The notes under the pieces were generated by a model. That model was not told the DNA's origin. It saw only the letters and a list, made by a program, of their open reading frames with translations, and made no database searches. The position numbers were made by a program, and so were the translations under genes. Below, one piece after another: positions 45,901 to 56,700 of a DNA stretch of 64,000 nucleotides. The stretch covers positions 682,001 through 746,000 of the forward strand of contig JAQGDQ010000008.1 in assembly GCA_030141605.1 (NCBI GenBank), in the 5' to 3' direction. How positions within the stretch are numbered: position 1 is the first letter of the stretch; every line of letters starts with the position of its first letter. Origin of the DNA: Tubiluchus corallicola. Lineage: Eukaryota; Animalia; Priapulida.

Positions 45901-47661
45901 TGATTAGGAACAGGTGACATTATAAGACAATGCTTTTTAAAATCTAAAAGTAATTGAGTTCTAAATAAAAAAATACTAAGAAGCATATAGTAGCACTATG
46001 CGATTTGAAAGAAAATGATTACATCTGTAGCTGCTTCTAGTTGCTGCTTGACAGCCTCATACTTGTTTTTCCAATGCTCACAATTAGAGTGTGCCACTTC
46101 TAATTCTGTTTGGCAGTGGTTCTTATCTGTGGTAAAGAGCAAAAAGTTAAAACACAGTAACAAAAAAGTGTAAAAGTAAATTACAGAATGAAGGCTGCCA
46201 TAAATGAACATTGCAAGCTTTTGCCTCTAGAGCAGTACTTCAACAAAAGCGAATTTAAACATGGTCTTACCCTTCTGCGTCGCAATAACAGTTTGCACCA
46301 AACTTTGAAGATCTTTTTGTATTATTAGAGGCAGTAATCTAGTCAACTGGTTGATCTGTTTTCGAAGTTCTTCGATAACAGACTGTTCTACTATGACGTA
46401 ACCAGGCTGTAAAAACAATAAAAATGTATAAATTAGCTCTATTTGGGAAATTGTATACCTTACCACATATCACTGTAAAAGGAGCTATAATAAATGCTCA
46501 CTACATTCGTACTATGACTAGATCAGAAGAAAACTTTAAAATGTATTAATTTATAGTGTCAGAAATCTAAATCTGAATGTTGCGTGTGGGCAAGAGAGAC
46601 TGCTAACCTGCTTATCTATCACTACTCCGAAACTGTCACCCATGTGTCATAAAACACGGCACATATTGTCTGACTCACTTTTTGTGCGAATGTAGCAATC
46701 TCTCTCAGCATATGTGCAACATTTAAATATATTCGAAAACCAAAGAACCAAACCATTAAATTAAACAGTTGCGGATCTGGCAAAAAACTACATGTTATTT
46801 TAGTTGGGTACTTTTTATTGCTGTTTTGAAACATTATTTGTACCCTGGTAGTTAAGACGGGCTACACCTGACCCTCTATTTCCACAAATATAATAGCATA
46901 TGTATGCCTGTATTGTTCAACTAATTGCCTTAATAATTGCAAAATCCTCACCCTGATAAGACATTTGTTGTGTTTCACTAACTCTGTCTGCACTTGCTGC
47001 CATTCCTTCTTCATCTGTTCTATGTTGTCTTTTGTTTGCTTGTAAAGCTTTTCCTGGACAAAATCGTACACAGCCGATTAGACCAAACTGTGTAATTAAA
47101 TTGTTATTACACGCAAATTTTTGGTTATTAATTACTTAATTTTTAATTACACAATCTTTATTGGCACGGCAGCCAAAATGTTTTTTATAGAAACAGTTGC
47201 TTTCTAGTTTGTGAAAAATTTAAACAAAACTCATATAGGAACAGACGCATGTGTGACATATAAAATTTTTGCTTGCAAAATTTCTAATAAAACTAATAGT
47301 AATAGTAATATAGATATTTCTGTAATCACATATAACTTTCATATCACCTTGAAAGTAATACGTATGCAACCAGAGGTGTGAAAACAGATTCAAAGTTGAT
47401 TAGTCCATACATAGCCTCTATAAACGCTCCTGAATATTGTTGGTGAACATTAGCTGCTCTAGCTCTATCTCTCGATCTTTCCAAATTTTTATCATTTATT
47501 AACAATTTGTAATTTACAGGTGTTGTATGAGACAAATAAGAATAAATTAAATTTAACGCTTCAGAAACGCTATTTTATCCTACCGTTTCTGCAACCAGGG
47601 CCTGGCTATCAAATTTGTATGCATCATCATTGAGCAAATCTTCACTGCACAGACCTTCCAT
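39965..47661 (-). CDS. HSF2BP: Heat shock factor 2-binding protein / MEILB2 (meiotic BRCA2 partner), complete, 9 coding exons, about 387 aa
   Basis: Phase-compatible exons in transcript order: 47661-47584, 47053-46952, 46406-46271, 46126-46023, 45634-45479, 42511-42240, 41068-40965, 40353-40253, 40075-39965 (1164 nt). Peptides QQSDYCVNLGTAISTLLWGVSQSRDAISSIL, SDESTFVLALCGVITNIAAAPSGRHFL, LLLMALYNVSINQKGLKYLSE and LHALRLIQSL match recalled vertebrate HSF2BP (QQAEYCTEMGAAACTLLWGVSSS, DESQFVFALAGIVTNVAAIACGREFL, LMLMSLYNVSINLKGLKYISE). The two most 5' exons are less certain. Confidence 0.9.
40866..41012. repeat. Perfect 73-bp tandem duplication spanning an HSF2BP exon/intron junction
   Basis: 40866-40938 and 40940-41012 are identical, separated by one A. 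Confidence 0.92.
43605..44034. mobile_element. Tigger/pogo-like MITE, 430 bp
   Basis: TA|CAGTCAACCTCGGGTATAAGGTAC ... GTCCCTTATATCCGAGGTTGACTG|TA, with internal repeated TATAAGG(G/T)AC motifs. Confidence 0.88.
45170..45430. repeat. Degenerate minisatellite of about 38-39 bp, about 7 units
   Basis: Recurring unit resembling ctgtttctcctcaccac.ttcgttgcaggcatttcacaa, in the intron just past the donor of HSF2BP exon 45634-45479. Confidence 0.65.
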
Positions 47662-50296
47662 GTGAACTAGTAAAATAACACCATGTGCTGAGGTTACAAT
47701 TTGTTCCCAGAATGACAGTTGTTAATGAAATCTAGCCTTGTGAAACCGCAACACAATAAATAAACAATGAAATTTAGAAATTAGAGTATGTATCAGTAAT
47801 TCTATTTAGCAGCTGACGAAGTAGTCGTCGGGCGGTTGGAGCAATAGAAGCATCCTTGAGAAAAACCTGTCTTTTTCATCCATTATCCACGGAAAGCTTT
47901 AGCGCACAATTGATTTTCTTCATCACTCTGCGGAGTCTGTGCTCAATCGCCGCTCTTATTGAGAAGACAATGTAATATCCACTAGATTAGATTAGATTAT
48001 CTCTTACATGCAAAATAAAGACCAGTAAATGTAGTGCACTTACATCAAGTGCAACTTGAAGAAATAATGGCGATAAAACCATCATCACTATCAAAATGCA
48101 TACCCGTCATGTACCCAAATGTAGACATTGGGAAATAAGAATTTAAAACAAAAGAATCCATGTACATAAAACTATGTTGGTTAGGTTACTGAAACAGCCT
48201 ATCTTGCACATAGTGGATAATACGTTCTCAGCCAATTCTACTGAAGAATTACACGTCCAATCCAGAAATTTGCACAATTTTTGAAAAATAAACTTCTTTT
48301 GTACTAACAGAAAACCACTACAGACCTGTCAGCCAGATAAATAATGTTTAAAAAGACTTTAGACCAAATTGGGTGTAGATAACTAATATATGATGGCGGG
48401 AACAATTTAAAATAACAGAAGTATTTTTACAGAAGTGGCTTTAACAATATTGGAAAAAATGGTATGCTGTTAAATGCTTAACTCCTGATACATAATTAGC
48501 CACAAAATTGTCTATTACTGCAGTCGCATAATGATATATGGGTTAGTGTATACCTTAGCTTATTGTTAACTTACCCACTGACTGATTGCAAAATTGTCAT
48601 TCTTATTATTGTGGATGTTAATGCAAATTATTGGTGAAAGCCATATCTTATACAGATATGCTATGAAGCAGGAAAAAGTGACGTAGCAGTACCTTGGAGG
48701 ATTTATTAGAAGTTGTTGTTGTGGTTATTAGTGCATGTATTGTATGCCATGTAAGACCAAATTTAAATGGTGAAGATTGCACTGTAAATATAAAATATTT
48801 TAATAATGGCTGCATTTTAACTGTGTAATAATGACCCAGATTTGCAGTGTCTTTAATAATTCAACTCAGCCTGCAGCCTCCCTGAAGTCAGTTCTGCTTC
48901 AGCAGTTCGCACTCCCCAAAAGCATCTCCATCTTCCCAGCAACAATTAAGCTTTAAATCCGTGACGTCAGACTCGAGGTGTACAACTGTCTTACTATTAT
49001 CTTCATTGTAACACCCATCTCGTCCGGGAGCTGATGTACTCATCTGTTATGCCATGAGGGCCCAGATCGCCATCATGAACTGCACCCAGGTTGGGCATAG
49101 TTGATTATTATCAAAACAACAGGCATTACATCCATTATAATAATTTACAGTAATTTAACATTGATTATCCAAATAGTACTGTATCCAAAAATGTTTTACT
49201 CCTGATGCTGCACTGTGATTTTATACATAGATTGCAAAATCGTATTATCAATCTGGTTTCTCTTTATGTGCATGTAATCAAATCTGAAATCCTTTGCTAA
49301 TTAGCTAACTGTAACAAGGTCAGCTGCTACATTAAGTCTTTTTATCACTACCTATACATATGGGAGAAGATACTCCCGAGATTTGCATGTTATCGGTTGG
49401 TAAAATTAGTGCCATTAGTTTGGTACTACTGGGCCTTTTGCATGGGCTGGCACATTTTCATTTTAAATTAACACGGACATTCCTTATTTGATGCAGAATT
49501 TCTATGCATAAATCAAACCTTTCTCTCGGCTTTATTCAGTTGTTTAATTTATGAAATTCTCTACCAGAAATTTCTTTCACAAGTAAATTCAAAGCGCTAA
49601 TTACAATACCACACACTTTTAGTCTGACGCTCTCACTAGTAAATTAGCTGCAATTAAGCCTATTTTTTGGATGTGTGCTCATCCTGAATTATTTCTCTTT
49701 CTATCTTATCATGTGTGTGTACTGTGTAGTATTAATTTGCACCGGACGATTTGTGTTAAAAACAAGTTTCAAAACCTTTCAGTCCCATCAGGTATAACCT
49801 TTAGGCGAAAAGTGAAAAAATAAGAATCACAAGATTTATCTGAAGATCGTGAACAGCACCAGAAGAAAAATTTTTCACTCCCATATCTTGTAATTTTTCA
49901 TTGTGAAGTTTTTTATTCATTACTCAAAATTCAGAATGAATTAAAGACTCAGCTATGTATAGTTCTTGTAGACTCAGATTCATATTAAATTTAGATTGAG
50001 AAAATTCTACATTTTAATAGAAATAATACTTCAAATTAAAATTTACTGCTGTGTTCACACATGAACTGTAGAGCGTGTGTAGTTCATTAGAAACTAGCAC
50101 ATCTGAACTGAGAGATACAATGCTAGTGCCTATCTATCTAGACAATGACCAAATGCATATAACAATAAAGAACTAGTGGCATGAACATGAAACTGTGTTT
50201 GTGTGGTAATAGTTCTTTCACGTAAGTAATTTCTGAAAAAAATTCTGTTCCTTTGAATAGTTTAAAGAGTAGATTTTTTTACCTACAGTTTAAGAT

Positions 50297-50629
50297 TAGG
50301 GGTGAGCATCGAACATTCGAATTCCATTCGAACCTAAAACTATAGATTTCAATAATTCAGCACTTCAATCACATGTTCTTTATCATTAAAACGCTTGAAA
50401 CATCATGCATTAGCAAAATGCAGCTGTGATTTCTGTGCAAACTTTTAAACAAATTATTAATGGTTTTACTGCAGAACAAAATCGAGTAATATGCATGATC
50501 TTTGTCAGACTAATTTTAACTGGTGGTTCGAAAATCTTTCAATCTCTGAATTTCGGTTCGATTCGAATTCAAACATCTGAAATTCGATTCAATTCGAATT
50601 CGCTTTCTTGTAGAGATTGCCCACCCCTA
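50297..50629. mobile_element. hAT-family MITE, 333 bp, with perfect 8-bp TSD
   Basis: TTTAAGAT|TAGGGGTGAGCA ... TGCCCACCCCTA|TTTAAGAT, with subterminal TTCGAA/ATTCGA repeats. Confidence 0.9.
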
Positions 50630-50798
50630 TTTAAGATTGGCTCCGGTTTTGCTTTAATTATGAAAGATAACAAATTAAATTAAAATAGTTAATTTTCAGT
50701 ATTGCATCGTCTGCCCAGTGATGGGCTATGACGAGTGCACGTATTTTCTTGACCGATGCGTTAATTTTCTGGGAAGTCGTTCACTTCAAAATCAAATC

Positions 50799-53700
50799 AT
50801 GGCGTCGGCTCTGTTTAGTATCGGTGATGTAGTCTGGTAAGCTATTAAGCTTTTTATTTAAAAAAAAAGTTTTGTTGATACCTGTTTTAATATATTTTTT
50901 GAATACATCATTTTTTTTTCTGTGTTACAGGGCTAAAATGAAAGGTTTCCCAGCCTGGCCTGGAAAGGTAATTGGATATGCTCTCTAAAGCGCATGGTAG
51001 CTTTGTGGTTTGTGAACTATGTGTATTGTATCGCGGTTTGCCGGTTTTCGTGCACATTGTGACAGAGAAGCAGATTTCTCCATTCTAATTGTTTAAAACT
51101 TTAATCACCGAAACTGCATCATATTATTGTAAGATTAGATGATGTAGATTTGAGTGGGCTATAATTTATTTGAAATTATTGGCATTTGCAAAAGTGCTTT
51201 TACATTTTAGAACTAGTAAACCTATTGCAGGTTAAGATTCTTTTATTTCTATTCACATTCTATTTATAGTAAAATACTCTGTTAACAGCAACAAAGTTTT
51301 TAGCTACATTTTCAACTTTTCACTCGTCTTATCCAACAGAGAAGCTCACACATGTCTGTGAACTACAGCACCTGAGCCAGTTTTTTGATGTTGAAATGGA
51401 TGGTCAGTTGTTTTCGTATGTTACTTCAAATATCAGCTCAAAATTTTAGAATGAGAGAATTTTTCCTTTATGCATACATGAAATTTATTGCTCTGTAAGT
51501 TTTATTGTATGTATTTCAAAAATGCATCTACTTAGAAGCTAGTTTTGCTCCAAATACACATTCTTGTCAAATAGCGAATACCGGACATCATTAAATATTT
51601 TTTCAGATTGACTTCCGGTTTTGGCTTATAACCAGATAAGTTAGCTTAATCGAATATTCAGATCAGTTTGGATAATGAATTATGGAGCGCTTTGCAAACC
51701 TTGCAAAAGCATTTTCATTTAGTCTCTCCTCTTAAATGACCCTAGCTTACACACTTTAGGAGCTATTAAGCAAAATCTGAAGGTTGAATAAATAATTAAC
51801 TCAATGAGAAACAAAGAGATTTTGCTATACTTAAATTAAAGGTGGGTAAACTAACTATATACAACTTTGGTATTGGGCAATGGGCATTTTTATTCATAAA
51901 TTTATGTATTTATAATTCAGTTCATCGTGTTTGGCAGTTACAGGAAATCTTTAGCTACACTTTGAATAATCATTTGTTTAGCACCACTGTGTGAAGTAAC
52001 ATGGTGTTACCGCACACAAATGGAAAGGAAATACGGGTAAAATTTTCATCAAATCAAAACGTAGCCTAAAACAAGATGTCGTTTTTTTGATAATACTTCA
52101 TTTATTTATTTTCGTCTTTTAAATTCTTCAAAAAATCATTTTTAGTAACATATATTATTAACATGGTGGGTGAAATACACAAGCAGAAGCTTTTTGTGAT
52201 TAGACATTTAGATGGATCTTAAACAACCAGATTAATTTAAACTATGCTGTAAACATTACAGTTTGGGGTAACCGGGACATCGCTAACTGCGTACAACGAC
52301 TCAGAGAAAATACCAGTAAACATGACAAAGTTAATTTATCAGTACAGGAACCAGACGATTTCTGCCTGTCCTCGGATAGGTTTACCAGACTTTCTGGGAG
52401 GGCTGACCTAGTGCTAAAATTGCACATTGATTCATGTGCTAGTTTTGCAAACATTAGAAGTTTAAAGTGCTTAAGATTTAAGTTTCTCTCTTTGTTTCCA
52501 TTGAGATATAGCAAAGATTTACAGTTGCCAGATGAGTTGAAGCTCATGGTTTTTACGACACTCTTCTTTCACCCCTAGTCAGTTCTCAAGGTGCACAGTG
52601 CTTCCACCCTGTTTTTCATGTTATGGAGTAATCTGTATGGTGTTTTTGGGAGAGCTGACTGAGTGCTAAAATTGCACATTGTTGATTTGTGTGCTAGTTT
52701 TACAAACATTAGAAATTTTAAAGTGCTTAAGATTCAAGTTTCTGTCTTTGTTTCCATTGAAATATAGCAAAGGTTTACAGTTGCCATATGAGTTGGAGCT
52801 CACGGCTTCTACGACACTCTGTTTGACCCCCTAGTCAGTTCTCAAGGTGCACAGTACTTCCAACCTGTTTTTCGTGTTGTGGAGTAATCTGTATTGGTCT
52901 CTAGTCACATAATACATTTAACACAAGGGTGTGCAAATTATTTGACTAGCCGGGCCACATTAAACTTTCCCGCAATTTCTGCAGGCCGCATACAGTTTGG
53001 TCAACGAGCCAAGAACAGTAAAACCCAATAACGATTTTTTTGCATTCGATCTTTGCACATCATTACTACTACACTCAAGAAAACTATTTTAGAAGTTAAT
53101 AAAATTTACATTAAAAACTATAGATTTCAATTTTCATGTCAGATAGTGGTAATTTTATTACAATGCTTATTAGTACAGTGTATCACACAGTCTGTGCAGT
53201 ACAGTGCATATTAATCTGTCTTGAAACACTCAATGTTCTTCTTCAATCTTCCTCTTTTTCTTATCCATGTTTCTGATCTATAAGAACACTAGACCTGATG
53301 AAACAGCCACTGATCGAGGCATGTACTACTGAGCCTAAGCTGAAACTAAAATCTGGGAATCCCGCTATATCAGGGGTGACCACACTTTTTCAGCTTGCTG
53401 ACTACTCACAAATTGGTCTGCCCAGTCGTCTTCTTGGCATAGTAGGTAGATCATTTTGACTTGGTTATTTTATAATTTTATTTATAATTTATTTTGTAAA
53501 ATACCCAAGTCAAAATGTTCTATGTGCTATGACCAAGAAGACGACTGGACAGATCAACAGGCCCGATAATAGAAGCCTAGAGATTGGCTAATTGGTCTTC
53601 CTACCAGCCAATCAGATTGCTTCTCGCATTTCTTGCACATCTGAGTGTTTGAATGGCGGCTTCCGTGGTAGTTTGCTGTGTTCTGTGATTACATAGCTTT

Positions 53701-56700
53701 TTTGTGTTCTAAGTGAGCAACGTTAAATTTTGTCATGTCCGACAGTGACATTAAATGACAACGGTCTTGTTGCCATCCGATCTAGAGGCAGAAACTACCT
53801 GCGCTATCTTTGCCATATTGGCGCGGACTTCAGCTGGATCGCGTGGGCCGCACTTTCATTATGTTGACAAACCTCTTTGCGGGCCGCACAAGATCTGTCG
53901 GCGGGCCGCAGTTTGCACACCCCTGATTTAATATATCTATATGGAGTTCAAATTAGATGCACATCATTTACTTACAAATTTACTCATAACTACAATACAA
54001 TTCTAAAATTCATTTAAGCTTATTATCATATCTTGTATAGATCGTGAGTGCACTACAATGGCAATATTGGTTCATTTTTAATATGAGGCTTAAATATCTT
54101 CACTTTAGATTGTAAATCCTACAAAAGATGTGAAGAGGCCAGCAGGCAAAAAACCTATGTGGTGTGTGTACTTCTTTGGGACAGATAATTAGTAAGTGCT
54201 GTCACTTTGTTAGCAGTAGTATGCAATAGTATCATGTGTAATTAAGCACCTTCTTGTTTGTTTTATTTTTTACTAAAAAGTACAAAAGGAATTTTCGGTG
54301 CTCATTTTTATAACAAAATTTTAAGTTAAAATGGAAGGATTCGAATCAACTGATCTCGTAGTATTAGCAGTTATTTGCTTGGTAATCAAATAACTAACAA
54401 ATTTACCTATAAACTTACATAGTCTGTATGCTGGTAATAACTGTATCAATGTGTACATGTGAAACATTTTAGTTATTTACACTTTCACACCTTTCGCTTA
54501 CTATTCAGAGTTAATTATAAATCCTCATGAACTGTTTCGTTTCAGATTCTTTTCAGTTGTAATAATAAAGGAAAAAAGAAAAGGTGTTAATCTTAATTTG
54601 TGCCTTATCTTTTTGTGTATGCAATACAAATCATAATCTGATTTTTAACGATAAATAATAAGTTTAATGATGATAATAACAATAATAATACATATACAAT
54701 TCATATTAGAATAGACTGTTAGTAATAATGGAAATGATTTAGGCATGCAACTTTTTGTTCAACTGCGATTCTTTTTAGTGCGTAGTTATTTTCATTTTTT
54801 CAAATCACTGCTTTCTTTTCGGACATCATGAGTGATAAACTTACAACTTCTAAGTGCGGAGAAGCTATTTTTGTCTAAAAAGGAGTTATTCGCATAAGTT
54901 TATCTATTTTGGATGTTACTTTTAAAAAAGAATATGTGCTGTTTCCAAAGATTTCAATTTTTAAAAGTGTTCATTTTTTTTGCACAATTACACTTGTAAG
55001 CAAATCTGACAAATTTAAGCAAAATCATTACGAAAAACAAACACTCTGAGTTGTACCAAGTGCAACTCACACATTGGTCTCAAAGCACAAAGTAAACTAT
55101 TTGGCAATGTTTCTCACGTGGTCAGAAACTGAAGATTTTGCGAACAATAGTTGTAAAATTCAGCCTTAAAAATGAAGAGACGATAGCTTTTTTTTGAAAG
55201 TGCTTATTTTCTTTTATTGAGTTGCTTAAAAACATGGAAAGTGCATTTCACAAAGAAACATCAGCATTTAACTCTTCTGCTCATCACCCACGGGTCCGGG
55301 TCAAAGGTCAATAATCTTGGCAAAATTTTTATCATTCAGTTTGCCTCTTTGAGACTTTTCATTTGATATACAGCAACCTACTTTCGGCAGATCCTGGAAG
55401 GCATTTGTCTCCTCGACCCCCATGTTGCCCCTAAGTGAGTCGCGGATGAACTATTCTTATTGTAACCTATGCCATTCGATCCGCCTCTTCGATACCTTTC
55501 ATTTGATGTGCTACAGGGTATCATTGCTCAACACTCGGTGCACTTCTGTTCTGGACCCCCATTTATCGGGTTTTACCCCCTAGCAGGGTCGCGAGTTAGC
55601 TATTCTCATTTAAACATATGACATTCGATTCACCTCATCAAGACCTTTCATTTGATGTGCTACAAGGTACCTTTGCTCAGCACTCGGTGCACTTCAGTTC
55701 CCGACCCCCATTTTTTGTTTTTTGCCCCTAAGTGGGTCGCGGATTAGCTGTTCTCATTGTAACCTATGCCATTTCGATCCTCCTCGTCGAGACCTTTCGT
55801 TTGATATGCTACAAGGTGCCATTGCTCAACACTCTGTGCACTTCTGTTCCTGACCCCCATTTTTTAGTTTTTGCCCCCCTAGCAGGGTCGTGAGTTAGCT
55901 ATTCTTACTGTAACTTATGCCATTCGATCCATCTCACCGAGACCTTTCATTTGATATGCTACACGGTAATATTCCAAGACACTTGATGCATTTCTGTTCC
56001 CAACCCCCATTTTTCGGTTTTTGCCTCCTAGCAGAAAATTTTCCCCCTCCAAATGACCAATATTCTGCCATGCCCAACAACTTGGCCCCACCTAACCACA
56101 TGCCAAATATTAGCGCCCTAGCTCAAAAACCATGGGAGCAGATGGATCCTAAAGAAAAATAAATGAAGACCCGACCGCTCTGTGACCTTTGACCCAGCAA
56201 TTCGGGTCACATGTATACATAGGTAACTTTGACCAGAGAGTGTATCCTGTGTGTTTTGTGTTCCTAGCTCTCAGCATGTAAAAGGTCACAAATTGGGGGA
56301 CCCCAAATTTTGCATTTTGGTCCCTCACTCGGGAGTTTAAAGCCTGTCAGCTTTTTAAAACCTCAGGTGCACACCTGGCCTACAGTACCCAAATACTTGT
56401 GAAAAAAATTGAGAAAAACCGAAAGCCTTAGGAGGAGATGCTACCTAATCAAAAAAGTGACCGACGCCCACTGCCCTTAACCAGTGGTCAGCGGCTGCCA
56501 CACTGTTGTATGTCCCCCTCCCAGGACTATGTGAGAGTACCAGGACAGCCATGTGAGTTTGGTGATCCTAACTTGCAAGGCTTACGAGTTATTAAGTATT
56601 AAAGTGGCGAAGAATTAGTAATAGTAAAAATTTTGCACTCGATGAAAAATATTAAGCTTTTGCTATAGCCAAATCTTAAAAATGCATGATGCAAAAATTT

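Noticed and set aside
48888-49043. 51-aa minus-strand ORF upstream of HSF2BP
   Set aside because: No family resemblance and no splice path into the HSF2BP frame; it could be UTR or repeat sequence.
55330-56035. CRISPR-like array
   Set aside because: Whole units of about 149 bp are homologous with no unique spacers; the context is a eukaryotic intron and there are no cas genes.
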